A stretch of DNA of 64,000 nt from Candidatus Cloacimonadales bacterium (GTDB taxonomy: Bacteria; Cloacimonadota; Cloacimonadia; Cloacimonadales; JAIOQZ01): NCBI GenBank assembly GCA_963662655.2, contig CAXXTU010000002.1:2368001-2432000 (forward strand), written 5' to 3'. A program made the position numbers and the translations under genes. This document shows, one piece after another, positions 1 through 10,708 of the stretch. A model generated the notes under the pieces. The model saw only the letters and a program-made list of their open reading frames with translations, was not told the DNA's origin and made no database searches. The stretch's first letter is position 1. Each line of letters opens with the position of its first letter.

Positions 1-923
1 AGCTCCCTGGCCAGCTTCAGAGATTCTTCGTAGCGATCTTCGAGAGGAAGCTCACGGTACCCATCTATCACACAAATCACCCAGGGGAACTTCTCTGCGA
101 GGTCATAGCCCCGAGTGGAATCGTAGTAGCTACGCACGAAAAGCTCGCTTCCCTCTTTCTGGTACCCCGTGATCAAACCCCACTCGGGAATGTCGATCAA
201 ATCGATCGCGATAACGGGATATCCGCCATTAATACCGTCTTGAATGAGCTCCAGCATCTCTTCTTTGGTGCGATATTCCACTTGCCCGTCGTCGCAACCC
301 TCTTCCGGGGCATTCTTCATCTCATCGAGCCAGTAAAACTTGTACCGGTATCCGAGGATGTCGAGAATCCTCTCGCCACAGTTGAAACCCGTTGTGGCGT
401 CGGGCGAGGATGGGCACCATCCATCGTAGAATTGCGTACGGAATCCATATCCCGAAAGCCCGACAATATCGGTATACGATATGCCTCTGCCGAATTTTTC
501 ATCCAGGCGGAACACTGTGCCCAGGAAGGAGTTTTCCATCCCCGTTTCCCAGCGCAGCGATTTGATTCCGTCGATTACCACGGCATCGTCGTCGATGGCA
601 TGCTCCGGTTTCCATTCCTTCAGGTAGACTCCGAGCTGCCCCCTGGGAACCTCAATCGACACCTGCTTGCCATCCCGCAACAGGACAACGTTAACCATGT
701 CGGACGCAACCCTCTCCTTGATCTCGTTTATCTCCTGAACGGAATGTACTGGGATCCCGTTGTAAGATACGATCTCATCGCCTGTCAGCGCTCCCGCATC
801 TTGAAGAGCGGAGTTTTCGGCAAATCCTGTTATTTCCACCTCGTTACCCTCCTTGATCTGATTCTGGCATGCTGCCAGCGTGAACAAAAGACAACAAACA
901 AGCAAAATCCTGATAAGCATCAT
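1..923 (-). CDS. Lipoprotein with N-terminal PDZ-like domain and uncharacterised C-terminal domain (partial, runs off window start; absent from ORF track)
   Basis: My translation from ATG 923/920 (GGAGGT RBS at 925-930) gives MLIRILLVCCLLFTLAAC (lipobox), then 'ENSALQDAGALTGDEIVSYNGIPVHSVQEI...VNVVLLRDGKQVSIEV' (PDZ-like). The frame is open to position 1. Confidence 0.7.
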   Translation of the reverse strand, partial: MMLIRILLVCCLLFTLAACQNQIKEGNEVEITGFAENSALQDAGALTGDEIVSYNGIPVHSVQEINEIKERVASDMVNVVLLRDGKQVSIEVPRGQLGVYLKEWKPEHAIDDDAVVIDGIKSLRWETGMENSFLGTVFRLDEKFGRGISYTDIVGLSGYGFRTQFYDGWCPSSPDATTGFNCGERILDILGYRYKFYWLDEMKNAPEEGCDDGQVEYRTKEEMLELIQDGINGGYPVIAIDLIDIPEWGLITGYQKEGSELFVRSYYDSTRGYDLAEKFPWVICVIDGYRELPLEDRYEESLKLARE

Positions 924-1152
924 TACCTCCCGGTTTCATTGAACACTGTTGTTTCCTGACACCGATAACCCATAGTTAATCAATAATATGCGAAGCATTC
1001 TGGCAAGAATTTTCTCTTCTGGATTCCCAATATCCGGTTCCGATGTAAATCAGTTAATTCCCGGCACTCAGCTGTCATGCTGATCTGTGGTTTTCGGATT
1101 TTGTCTGATCAATCGAGTAGAAGCCGAGACACCGCCCGACCCTTCGACTCCG

Positions 1153-1280
1153 CTCAGGGTGACATGGAGAAAGAGCTCAGAGTGACATGGAGAAAGAACT
1201 CAAGGTGACATGGAGAAAGAACTCAGGGTGTTATGGAGAAAGAACTCAGGGTGTCATAGAGAATGAGCTCAGGGGAACAT
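1153..1280. repeat. Tandem repeat, ~5.5 copies of a 23-bp unit (CTCAGGGTGACATGGAGAAAGAR)
   Basis: Units start at 1153, 1176, 1199, 1222, 1245 and 1268 with few substitutions and no spacers. The first unit is the end of CCCTTCGACTCCGCTCAGGGTGACA. Confidence 0.9.
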
Positions 1281-1570
1281 AGCGTGTTATGTTAATCTGA
1301 AATAGTTACTCTTTGATTCCCCATCCACCAAGTTGCAACAGGACCGGATATTGTCCTTTCATGAACAACGCAATTGGCTCTATTCGTTTCCTGAACGGCA
1401 TTCACGGCATGATTATTGGAATCTCATTTTTTGCAAAAAATGATCAAATCCGTAAGGGAAACGGTATGAAAAGTGCATTCATTGTAAATGTTCCATTAAA
1501 GCAATGATTCATTAAAATCATTCGAACATGTTCTTTGACTTTACTACACACTCGTGGCAGGAGGTACGTA

Positions 1571-4372
1571 ATGCGCATGAATTCGCGTATTGGTATCCTG
1601 TTTGTTATGGGGTTCTTGATGGGATCGATGCCTGCGATTTGCACCGCTGCGGATATCCTGATCTGGGATGATGATTTGGATAATACTCTTCCCATACCCG
1701 GAACGCCATACCATTATGGATACGAAGATGGAATTGAAGAAGCGCTGACGAATCTTGGATATGATTATGATACGGTCAGCGTATTACCTACCGATCTGTC
1801 TGATTACAATGTGATCTTCATCACATTAGGAGTATGGTGTACAGGATGCGGAAGCACACCACCCAGTGCGGTCGGCACTGCAGATCAGGCCAGATTGGTC
1901 GAGTTTTTGGACGATGGCAACGCCATCTACATTGAAGGAGTCGATGTTGGCTCCGATCACGTCGGAACGGAATTTTTCAATCACTTTGGAACAGAGTTTG
2001 TACACGATTATGACGGATTCATCTACACGGTGGATGGCGTCAGTCCCGGACTCATGAACAACCTTTACTATGAAATCAACACCAGCGACGCAGCCCATCA
2101 ACGCGTGGACGTTTTCGCTGCCGATGGTGGAATCGCTTATCAGGTCGCATCGACCGGCCATGTTAGCGGTGTTTACTACGATAGTCCGGAAGGCTACCGT
2201 ACAATCTGCTCCGCGTCGATGTTTATATCATTGATCGAGACCGAAGGCAACACCTGGGATGAATTGATGGCTCGATATATGTCGTTCTTGCTGTACGGCA
2301 ATATCCCCATCCTGGAGGTCAGTGACGAAAGCATCGATTACGAATATGTAAGCGTGGGATTTCCCGAAACAATCTTCTTTACCGTAACAAATGAAGGCGC
2401 GGACATGCTCGAGATCGGTAGTATTGTTACGTCGGACGGCGTTTTCACGGTAAGTGATGACGGCCCGATCAGCCTGGACATGCGTGAATCGATTACCATA
2501 GAGGTAACCTGCACGGCCACGCACCAGGAAGAGTACAATGAAACCCTCACCATCAACAGCAACGACCCCGATGGTCCTCTTGTCATCGACCTGCATGCCG
2601 AGTGCATCCAACCGCCGGGTCTCGTTATCACGCCCGACCACCTGAGCACGATCCTGCAACCCTGGGGTACCGATTCGAGCCAGGGCCTGACCCTGTTCAA
2701 CAACGGTAGCGGCGATCTGGATTTCTCCATCCAGTTGATCGACCTGGACAATCTGGGCGGCGATCGCGATCAGGGCGGTCCCGATGGATTTGGCTACCGC
2801 TGGATCGACAGCAACGATCCTGAAGGGCCTGAATACGTCTGGAATGATATTTCCGAGACCGGAACGCGCATCACCGGCTGGAACGCCTGCGATAACGGAT
2901 CTCCGTACGATGATGGCTACAAGGGACTCTCGATGGGATTCGATTTCCCGTTCTACGGCGAGACGTACAACTGGTTTTACCTCTCGACCAACGGATTTCT
3001 GAGCTTCAACTACGCCATGATTCACACCCTGGGGGCGGGAAACTTCTCTCTACCCTGCGAGTTCTATCTGGCAAATCTCATCGCTCCTTTCTGGGACGAT
3101 ATGGAAATCAGCGATGCCGACGTTTACATCCAGTATAATGAGAACGAAACCGTCATTCAGTATGATAACGCCACCTTCAACTACTTCCAGGATCACATCA
3201 ACATGCAGATGGTTCTGCGCCGTGGCGGCGGTATCGTGTTCTACTACGAAGAGCTCGACGGAAGCTCGAACAGCGCGACCATCGGAGTCGATAACCAGCC
3301 CGGTACGATTGGCCTGGAAGTATCCTACAATCAGGACTACATCCAGTCCGGCATGGCGATCGCCATCTCTTCCGGTCCCTGCTGGCTCGATCTCGACTCG
3401 ATGGGCGGAACGCTTTCACCCAGTGAGACGATGGACATCGGAGCGGTTATCTCCGCAACCGACCTGCCTGAAGGGACGTACAACGCTGCAATCAGGTTCA
3501 CGAGCAACGATGCGGAAAACCCGGTCATCGACATCCCCGTGACGATGCTGATCACCAGTCACGACCTGGTAACGGTCGATATCAATGTGTCCCTCAACAG
3601 CGAGGAATCTCCCGAAGGCGCGGCTGTCGTTCTCTCAAACCAGAGTGGCGACCCGAACTTCGTTTTCACAGCGGACATCCCCGAGAGCGGAACCGTTCAA
3701 TTCACCAATGTGGCCGATGGAACCTACGACCTTCAGGTAACGCTGAGTGGATACGAAGAATATTTGCAAACAGGGATCGCAATCGAAGAAGATGCGCAGC
3801 TCGACGTAGAACTGATCGAGGCGCTGGGCGCTCCGGTCAACCTCACCGTCTGGCAGGTTGACAGCGGCGTTCGGATGACATGGGACGCTCCGGGCAACCG
3901 AAGCCTGGAGAGCTTCAACGTCTATCTGGATGGTGACCTGCGAAGCAATACGGTCCACACACAGTACCTCTGGGCCGATGTTCCTGCTGGTGTTCACACG
4001 CTTGGTGTGACCTGCGTCTATACAACGGGCGAATCGGATCCGGTTGAAGTCGATTACGAATGGCTGTCTTCGGCCAGCACGGAAATTACTCCGGCGAACG
4101 ATACCTTCAGCGGAATCTACCCGAATCCCTTCAATCCTTCGACCACGCTGAAGTTCGGAATTGCAAACGACGAGCATGTCGTTCTCGATATATACAACCT
4201 GCGTGGGCAATTGGTGCGTACCCTGGATCAGGGAAAGATGAAAGCCGGATGGCACGAAGTAACCTGGAACGGCATGGATGGCGAAAATCATTCGGTCGGT
4301 TCGGGAATCTATCTCTTCCGGTTGAAAGCCGGAAGCTACTCGGCGATCAGGAAAGCGATGCTATTGAAATGA
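1571..4372 (+). CDS. Secreted multidomain surface protein (Ig-like/ASH, NIDO-like, carboxypeptidase-regulatory-like, FN3-like domains) with FlgD-Ig/T9SS-like C-terminal domain
   Basis: GGAGGT RBS before ATG 1571, signal peptide, 'GGPDGFGYRWIDS', 'MGFDFPFYG...STNGFLSF', 'IAPFWDD', C-terminal 'YPNPFNPSTT...IYNLRGQLVRTL...SGIYLFRL...KAMLLK'. Confidence 0.85.
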   Translation: MRMNSRIGILFVMGFLMGSMPAICTAADILIWDDDLDNTLPIPGTPYHYGYEDGIEEALTNLGYDYDTVSVLPTDLSDYNVIFITLGVWCTGCGSTPPSAVGTADQARLVEFLDDGNAIYIEGVDVGSDHVGTEFFNHFGTEFVHDYDGFIYTVDGVSPGLMNNLYYEINTSDAAHQRVDVFAADGGIAYQVASTGHVSGVYYDSPEGYRTICSASMFISLIETEGNTWDELMARYMSFLLYGNIPILEVSDESIDYEYVSVGFPETIFFTVTNEGADMLEIGSIVTSDGVFTVSDDGPISLDMRESITIEVTCTATHQEEYNETLTINSNDPDGPLVIDLHAECIQPPGLVITPDHLSTILQPWGTDSSQGLTLFNNGSGDLDFSIQLIDLDNLGGDRDQGGPDGFGYRWIDSNDPEGPEYVWNDISETGTRITGWNACDNGSPYDDGYKGLSMGFDFPFYGETYNWFYLSTNGFLSFNYAMIHTLGAGNFSLPCEFYLANLIAPFWDDMEISDADVYIQYNENETVIQYDNATFNYFQDHINMQMVLRRGGGIVFYYEELDGSSNSATIGVDNQPGTIGLEVSYNQDYIQSGMAIAISSGPCWLDLDSMGGTLSPSETMDIGAVISATDLPEGTYNAAIRFTSNDAENPVIDIPVTMLITSHDLVTVDINVSLNSEESPEGAAVVLSNQSGDPNFVFTADIPESGTVQFTNVADGTYDLQVTLSGYEEYLQTGIAIEEDAQLDVELIEALGAPVNLTVWQVDSGVRMTWDAPGNRSLESFNVYLDGDLRSNTVHTQYLWADVPAGVHTLGVTCVYTTGESDPVEVDYEWLSSASTEITPANDTFSGIYPNPFNPSTTLKFGIANDEHVVLDIYNLRGQLVRTLDQGKMKAGWHEVTWNGMDGENHSVGSGIYLFRLKAGSYSAIRKAMLLK

Positions 4373-4410
4373 TCCTCCTCGTGCTCATGTCAGAAAGCGC
4401 GTAGTATAAT

Positions 4411-4445
4411 GAAAGCCCGAGATATACAAGACATCTCGGGCTTTC
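4411..4445. terminator. Probable bidirectional intrinsic terminator
   Basis: GAAAGCCCGAGAT...ATCTCGGGCTTTC inverted repeat between convergent genes. Confidence 0.8.
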
Positions 4446-4462
4446 TTACTATCCAGAGGTTA

Positions 4463-7400
4463 TTATAGGTTTTTCTTTTGTCTGCGTGTCGTCAGGTAGT
4501 AGAATGACGGGATCACGATCAACGTAAGGAAGGTCGACACGATCAAACCGCCGATACTGACCACACCCATCGCCTGGCGGAATTCCTTACCGGCAGAACC
4601 GATACCCATCGCCATGGGAAGCATACCGAGCATGATCGCGAGGGACGACATAAGGATCGGTTTGAGCTTGGTGGGGCAAGCCTCGATCAACGCGTCATGC
4701 GGATTCTTGCCTTCCTTGCGGAGCTGGTTGGTATATTCCAGAAGCAAGATCGCATTGTTCACCACGATACCCACCAGCATAACGATCGCCATCATGGAGA
4801 ACATGTTCATGGTGAGTCCGGTCATGTAGAGCGCGCCGAAGACGCCGATCAACGCCAGCGGCAGGGTGCTGAGGATGAGCAATGGCTGCACGAAGCTTTC
4901 CAGGATCGCTGCCAGAAGCATGTAGGTAAGCAGGATCGCGAGGAGGAACGCCCTTCCGATATCCATGATCATGTCGTTCATCATCTCGACGTCGCCGCCC
5001 CAGTTGATGGTGTATCCGGAGGGGAGATCGATTTCGGCGATTCCTTGGTTGATGACGCTCACGACATCGCCCAGCGCAACGCCATTCGCGTTGGAGCCGG
5101 TAAGCTTGACTGTCTTGTACTTGTCCCTGTGGATCACCTTGTTGACACCAACCGAGAAATCGACATCGGCCAACTGCGAGATGCGATAGGTTCCCGTGGG
5201 GGTAACGACCGGGATATTCTTTACCTTTTCGGGAGAATCCACCGATTCGTCGGTCATGCAGATGCGAAGATCGTAGCTTTCACTGTTTTCTTTATACTCC
5301 GTCGCCACGATTCCTTCCACTGAAGCGCGGAGCGCCATGGCGATGTCGTAAACGGAGGCACCCGCGTCCATGAGCTTGCGCCTGTTAGGGACGATCGTAA
5401 TTTCCGGCTTGCCCGAGCGCAGGCTGCTATCGAAGTTGACGAGTCCGGGAACGCTCTTCATCTTTTCGATGATCTGGTCGTTCAGGTGGGAAAGCTCCTC
5501 GATCTCCTGTCCCTTCAAGTAGAACTCGATGGGAGGACCTCCCTGGTCTCCGGCTGAGGATACAGCCTGCAACTTGATGCGGGTGTTGGGGATCGTTGAA
5601 AGGTCCTTGATGAGGATGTCGTTGACCTGCGCGGTCGTCAGGGTTCTCAGCTCCGCATCGATCAGTTTGATGTTCGCGTAGGCGAGGTTCGTGCCAACGT
5701 CCGTGTCGGAGACTTTACCGATTGTTGTCAGGACGTGCTTCACCTCGGGGTGCGCGGTTATCGTCTTCTCGATCTGCTCCAGAACATCCGCTGTCTGAGA
5801 CAGGTTGTAACCCTGCGGAAGCTCGGCTTCCAGCTTGATGTTACCTTCGTCCATGAGCGGCATGAACTCGAAACCGATCTTACCGGCCAGCATGAAGCTT
5901 CCCACCAGGAGCGCGACGGTTCCAAGCATGAGGAACGCAGTGTAACGTTTCTTGCGGAACAGAACGGTTAGAAGTCTTCCATACCAGTGATCGATCGCGT
6001 CAAATTGCTTCTCGATCCAGGCGCCGAGCCTGCCCTTCTTCATTTGTACCGGCAGGAACCGGGAAGAGAGCATCGGGGTCATGGTAAAAGATATCAGCAG
6101 CGAAAAGATGGTTGCAAACGTAACCGTTAGTGCGAATTCGGTGAAGAACTGCCCCACGATCGAGCTCATCGATGCGATGGGCAGGAACACCACGACGTTG
6201 GTCATGGTAGAGGCGATAACAGCCACCGCTACTTCGGATGTACCGATCGCGGCCGACTCCATGCGCTTTTCGCCCAGGCGTTTGTGCCGGAAGATGTTTT
6301 CCAGCACCACCACGGAGTTTGTCACCAGCACACCCACCGAGACGGATAACCCCATCAGCGTCATGATGTTGATGGTGAAATCGAACGCCTGCATAAGCAT
6401 GAAGGTGGAGATGATCGACGTGGGCATGGCGAGCGCTACGATGAGAGTCGAACGCCAGTCGTGCAGGAAAATGAGCAGCACGATACCGGTGAAAATGATA
6501 CCGAGAATGATGTTGCTGAGCGTGTCTTCAACAGAACTCCTTATGAAGTTCGAGCTGTCGTCCACAAGGTTCAGTTCCAGCCCTTCTGGAAGCGCTTCTT
6601 CAATTTCCGGAAGCGCTTTGATCACTTCGTCGGCCACTTCCACCACGTTACCGTCCGAGCTCTTGAGGATACTGAGGCGGACGACATTGGGGTCTCTAAC
6701 TTTCTCGATGTTATTGAAGTAAACGCTGCGCTCTCTTATCTCGGCGCCCGTATCCACAACACTGGCGATCTGTTTGAGCTTTTTAATACCCTTGCTCGTC
6801 GCCACTTCCATATTGTTCAGTTGATCGACTGATTCAAACTCACCCTCCAGGCGTATCGAATACTCCTGATCTTTTTGCAGGAAATGTCCGCCGGGCATAT
6901 CGAGATTCTGTGCAGCCAGTATCTGTGCCATCTGCGAGAGAGAAATATTGTTCTCCATGACAACGCGATCGTTGAACTCTACTCGGACTTCGCGTTCCTG
7001 ACCGCCACTGATGTTCACACTGGCAACGCCCTCGATCTGCGAAAAGCGATCTTTGAGCTGCTTATCGGCTATTTCATATAACTCTATGGGCGTCTTGTCT
7101 CCACCCAGAACCAGTTCGACGATTGGGAATGCACCCATATCGAACTTGCTGATGACGGGCTTCTCCGCGTCATCCGGGAAATCGTTCAGGATCGCGTCGA
7201 TCTTGTCCTTCACTTCCTGGTTCGCGATATCGACATCCTTACCCATTTCGAAACGAACGATCACGTACCCCACGCTTTCCATAGAGTAGGATTCGATGTA
7301 ATCGATCTTGCTCACCGTGGAAACGGCGTCTTCAACCGGTTTGATGATCTGTGATTCAACTTCCAGCGGACTTGCGCCAGCGTAGATGAGCTGAACCGTA

Positions 7401-7534
7401 ACAACGGGGATATCCACGTCCGGCATCATGTTCAATGAAAGATCTATGTAGGCCAGGCCGCCAAACACGAGGAACACGAGGATCAGCATCGTGACGAGAA
7501 CCGGCCGTTTGATTGAAAGGTCTGATAAAAACAT
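4463..7534 (-). CDS. RND efflux transporter permease (AcrB/AcrD/AcrF family)
   Basis: 1023 aa, 'MFLSDLSIKRPV', two large periplasmic loops, 'GIVVNNAILL', 'KPILMSSLA'. Confidence 0.95.
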   Translation of the reverse strand: MFLSDLSIKRPVLVTMLILVFLVFGGLAYIDLSLNMMPDVDIPVVTVQLIYAGASPLEVESQIIKPVEDAVSTVSKIDYIESYSMESVGYVIVRFEMGKDVDIANQEVKDKIDAILNDFPDDAEKPVISKFDMGAFPIVELVLGGDKTPIELYEIADKQLKDRFSQIEGVASVNISGGQEREVRVEFNDRVVMENNISLSQMAQILAAQNLDMPGGHFLQKDQEYSIRLEGEFESVDQLNNMEVATSKGIKKLKQIASVVDTGAEIRERSVYFNNIEKVRDPNVVRLSILKSSDGNVVEVADEVIKALPEIEEALPEGLELNLVDDSSNFIRSSVEDTLSNIILGIIFTGIVLLIFLHDWRSTLIVALAMPTSIISTFMLMQAFDFTINIMTLMGLSVSVGVLVTNSVVVLENIFRHKRLGEKRMESAAIGTSEVAVAVIASTMTNVVVFLPIASMSSIVGQFFTEFALTVTFATIFSLLISFTMTPMLSSRFLPVQMKKGRLGAWIEKQFDAIDHWYGRLLTVLFRKKRYTAFLMLGTVALLVGSFMLAGKIGFEFMPLMDEGNIKLEAELPQGYNLSQTADVLEQIEKTITAHPEVKHVLTTIGKVSDTDVGTNLAYANIKLIDAELRTLTTAQVNDILIKDLSTIPNTRIKLQAVSSAGDQGGPPIEFYLKGQEIEELSHLNDQIIEKMKSVPGLVNFDSSLRSGKPEITIVPNRRKLMDAGASVYDIAMALRASVEGIVATEYKENSESYDLRICMTDESVDSPEKVKNIPVVTPTGTYRISQLADVDFSVGVNKVIHRDKYKTVKLTGSNANGVALGDVVSVINQGIAEIDLPSGYTINWGGDVEMMNDMIMDIGRAFLLAILLTYMLLAAILESFVQPLLILSTLPLALIGVFGALYMTGLTMNMFSMMAIVMLVGIVVNNAILLLEYTNQLRKEGKNPHDALIEACPTKLKPILMSSLAIMLGMLPMAMGIGSAGKEFRQAMGVVSIGGLIVSTFLTLIVIPSFYYLTTRRQKKNL

Positions 7535-7543
7535 GGCGACCCC

Positions 7544-8575
7544 TTAGTTAAGAACGTTCACTTTCTGGTTGTCCTGCAGCAGGTGCAGACTTTCGGTTAT
7601 CAGATGATCGCCGGGCTCGAGTCCCGAGACGATCTCTACATCGAGATTGTTGCCTTTTCCAACGGTCACGCGCGTTTTGTGCGCCTTGCCGCCGTTTTCG
7701 ACATACACGTAATTTCCTTGCGCATCGCTGAGAACGTTTTTCCGCGAAACAACGATCGTCTGAGGTTTTGAGTAGGTCTCGATCAAGACTTCCGCGGTAA
7801 CGCCGGTGTACTTGGCCTTGGAAGGATTATCGAACTCCATATCGACGGAAAACGCCTGGGTCGATGAATCCATCGCCAGCGATACGCGCGTAATCTTACC
7901 GTTCAGGGTCAGGTCTTCCCATACGGCCTGCACATTCATACCAGGCTGAAGCTGACGCATTTCGCTATCAGTGACCCATACTCTCGCTTTCATCTTGTTC
8001 ACGTTGGATATGGTGAAAAGGAGGTCTCCGGGGTCTACGTTGTCCGAGACCTTGATGTTGATCGCAGTGACGATACCGCTTATCGGAGCCTGTGCCATGA
8101 GCATTTTGCTCAGCGATTCCATCTGCGCGGAGTAGACCTTGTATTGGGTCTCGGCGTTATCCAGATCCTGCTGGGAAATCCCGCCAACCTCGAAAAGACG
8201 TTTCATGCGCTCGAACGTTGATTTCGCGTTCTCGAACATCGCTTTGACTTCGATGTACTGCGCTGCCGGGGTGTCTTCCGGGAAAGTAACCAGCACCTGA
8301 TCTTTCGTCACGTAATCGCCGATCTTGACTTTCACAGCCTCGACCTTTGCGGCAAAACTCGCGAATTCCGAAGTCTCTTCGATACCGTTCAGGGTCGCGT
8401 TATAGGTAAGTTGTTTCGAGAATGCTTTGTTCTCCAGCGTCTCAACTTTCACGGGCAAGCCGTTTTCGTTGTACAATTGTTCCATGTTTTTGGCCTGCGC
8501 TGCATCGTCTTTCGATGAACAGCCGGCAAGCAGCATCGCCACAGCGATGATCGCGATAAAAATAGTCCTGTACAT
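7544..8575 (-). CDS. RND efflux periplasmic adaptor (membrane fusion lipoprotein)
   Basis: Lipobox LAGC after ATG 8575 (GGAG RBS), lipoyl-like 'APISGIV' motif, lies between TolC and AcrB. Confidence 0.92.
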   Translation of the reverse strand: MYRTIFIAIIAVAMLLAGCSSKDDAAQAKNMEQLYNENGLPVKVETLENKAFSKQLTYNATLNGIEETSEFASFAAKVEAVKVKIGDYVTKDQVLVTFPEDTPAAQYIEVKAMFENAKSTFERMKRLFEVGGISQQDLDNAETQYKVYSAQMESLSKMLMAQAPISGIVTAINIKVSDNVDPGDLLFTISNVNKMKARVWVTDSEMRQLQPGMNVQAVWEDLTLNGKITRVSLAMDSSTQAFSVDMEFDNPSKAKYTGVTAEVLIETYSKPQTIVVSRKNVLSDAQGNYVYVENGGKAHKTRVTVGKGNNLDVEIVSGLEPGDHLITESLHLLQDNQKVNVLN

Positions 8576-8597
8576 ATTTATCTCCTGCAAACTCATT

Positions 8598-10010
8598 TTA
8601 TAGGTCTCTGCCAACTGCCTTCTTGAAGGCTTCCCATGACATAATTACATCGTAAACGGCGTTCAGATAGGAAAGTCGCGTTGAGCGAAGCTGTAACTGC
8701 GCGTCAAACACCTCCAACTGCGTACCCACCTGGTTCTGATATCTCGATTCGGCGATCTGCTCTCCGCGCTCGGCCAGTTCGACATTCTTGCGCTGGCTTC
8801 CCAGTTTTTCCAGGTCGCGATCCAGCTCGTAATATGTATTGCGTATCTGCAATTCGATTTTCGAGGTGAGGTCTTCATGCTCGATCATCGATTTACGGTA
8901 GTTGTGGCGAGCTTTCTTGATCTTCGCCGTGTTGGAGAATCCCGTGAAGAGCGGCATACTGAATCCGATGCCGACCGACCACGAGTCGCCGTAATCGTCC
9001 GATTCGATCTTGTAATCCTCGCCGGAACCGAAATACTGATACTCCGCGCTGATACCGATGTTGGGCAGGAAATTGCCTTTCTCGGTTGTCAGAAGGGTCT
9101 TCTGAATCTCGACACCGATATTCGAGAGGTCCATTTCAATGCGGTTTTTCAGACCTTCGTCGATGGAAGTCTGAAGGTCGTTGCGGTTCACCTCCGGCTC
9201 GGCAATTTCATCATCCAGGGTGACGTCTTCCTTCATATCGAGCTCGGATTTCAGCGATTCCATAGCAAGCTTGTACCGATTCTCCGCTTCCACCACATCC
9301 GGCTCGAGGCGGGAGACTTCCAGGTCTGCGCGAAGCTTGTCGTATTCGGAAACCAGGCCGTTTTCGTACATGTTGTTCACCTGATCGCGGTGCATCTGCG
9401 CCAGTTCCAGCGCTTGTCGCTGGATTTCCAGGAGGTCCCGGGCGAGCACGGCTCCGTAATACGCTTGGGTGATATTGTAAATCAGGTCCTGCTTCGCGAG
9501 CGCATACTGCTTGTCCTGAATGGTCATCGCCTTGTTGGCGACCTTCAGTCCGTTGATGAGCTTTCCGCCCATGAAAACAACCTGCTCCACCTTCACGCCG
9601 GCGTAGATCGAGGCGGTTTTCTCCGTCTCATCCGGGCGCATGCCACCCACGACATTGTCGAGGTAACTCGCGATCGTCTCGTCGTTTTCGATAAGCATCT
9701 CGTCGTTGTTCGGCACAGCATGGCTGCTGAGCGAGTCGGTTCCGTTTATCGAACTGCTGGCTGTCTGCCCCGCCTTCGTGGCCGATTCCGGGTAGTTCAT
9801 CTGTTCGAGCTGATATCCACCGGAAAGAGTCACCTGCGGGAAGAACGATCCCAACACATTGTTGTATTCCTGATCAACCGCCGCCTTGCTTTCCCATTGT
9901 TGCTTCAGCGTGCGATTGTTTTTAAGTGCGATGTCAAGCGCTTCATCCAGTGTCAATGCCTGCACAAGCAGAGGTAACAGCAGTAGAAGTGCGCAAAGTA
10001 AACGCTTCAT
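8598..10010 (-). CDS. TolC family outer membrane efflux protein
   Basis: Signal peptide, 'LTLDEALDIALKNN', duplicated OEP-like helical repeats, 'FSMPLFTGF'. Confidence 0.92.
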   Translation of the reverse strand: MKRLLCALLLLLPLLVQALTLDEALDIALKNNRTLKQQWESKAAVDQEYNNVLGSFFPQVTLSGGYQLEQMNYPESATKAGQTASSSINGTDSLSSHAVPNNDEMLIENDETIASYLDNVVGGMRPDETEKTASIYAGVKVEQVVFMGGKLINGLKVANKAMTIQDKQYALAKQDLIYNITQAYYGAVLARDLLEIQRQALELAQMHRDQVNNMYENGLVSEYDKLRADLEVSRLEPDVVEAENRYKLAMESLKSELDMKEDVTLDDEIAEPEVNRNDLQTSIDEGLKNRIEMDLSNIGVEIQKTLLTTEKGNFLPNIGISAEYQYFGSGEDYKIESDDYGDSWSVGIGFSMPLFTGFSNTAKIKKARHNYRKSMIEHEDLTSKIELQIRNTYYELDRDLEKLGSQRKNVELAERGEQIAESRYQNQVGTQLEVFDAQLQLRSTRLSYLNAVYDVIMSWEAFKKAVGRDL

Positions 10011-10615
10011 TTACACCCCCTCACGAGTATTCCATTCAGTATCAAGTCTGCCATGCATGTCATATCCTCCACGAAAGTAACATACATCGCTTTTGTTATC
10101 GTATAATGTAGATTATCGTCTCCGAGAAGGAACCATCTCTGGATGATGTCGCAAACCTTTTCGATATCAACATCTTTACGAATCTCTCCTGTGTCGAGTC
10201 CCTTTTGGAAGATTCCCATGATAATCGTTCGAGTCTCCTCGATATTCTTTTCCTTGAATTCCCGAACACGAGTCATGAATAAATTCGGCTCCTCGCTGAG
10301 AAGCCGCATATAGAGCTGACCCTTCTTGTTGATATACTCGAACGGCTTCACCATGATGGCCAGGATACGCTCCTTGGTGTTGATAGCCCTGTCCAGCTCC
10401 TTCCTGACCTGCTTGTTGATCCATTCCGATTGCTCTTTCACGATCTCGAGAAGGATGTCTTCTTTGGAATTGAAGTAGTAGTAGAACGTACCCTTACCCA
10501 ATCCTGCCTCTTTGGTAATATCGGAAATCGAGGTCTTTTGATAGCCGAAGTATTCGAAGAGCTTTTCCGCAGCCTGGATGAGCGCGTCTTTTTTCTCTTG
10601 AATCGCGTCGTTCAT
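10007..10615 (-). CDS. TetR/AcrR family transcriptional regulator
   Basis: HTH 'GYQKTSISDITKEAGLGKGTFYYYFNSKEDIL'; first gene of the efflux operon, 4-bp overlap with the TolC gene. Confidence 0.95.
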   Translation of the reverse strand: MNDAIQEKKDALIQAAEKLFEYFGYQKTSISDITKEAGLGKGTFYYYFNSKEDILLEIVKEQSEWINKQVRKELDRAINTKERILAIMVKPFEYINKKGQLYMRLLSEEPNLFMTRVREFKEKNIEETRTIIMGIFQKGLDTGEIRKDVDIEKVCDIIQRWFLLGDDNLHYTITKAMYVTFVEDMTCMADLILNGILVRGCK

Positions 10616-10673
10616 GTTCGCTCCTTATCCAATCATTTACTTTTCATATATCCATACATTATTCAATAATTCT

Positions 10674-10708
10674 TTTCGACCAAAATATTATTACGGTCGA
10701 AACGTCAA
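10674..10708 (-). promoter_or_regulatory. Probable TetR operator next to a -35 element
   Basis: TTTCGACC (10674-81) / GGTCGAAA (10695-702) inverted repeat adjacent to TTGACG on the - strand (10708-10703). Confidence 0.6.

Noticed and set aside
240..959. 239-aa + strand ORF in the track
   Set aside because: It shadows the - strand PDZ lipoprotein, which has an RBS, lipobox and recognisable domain.
1153..1280. Possible CRISPR array
   Set aside because: Units are directly adjacent with no unique spacers, and no cas genes are in the window.
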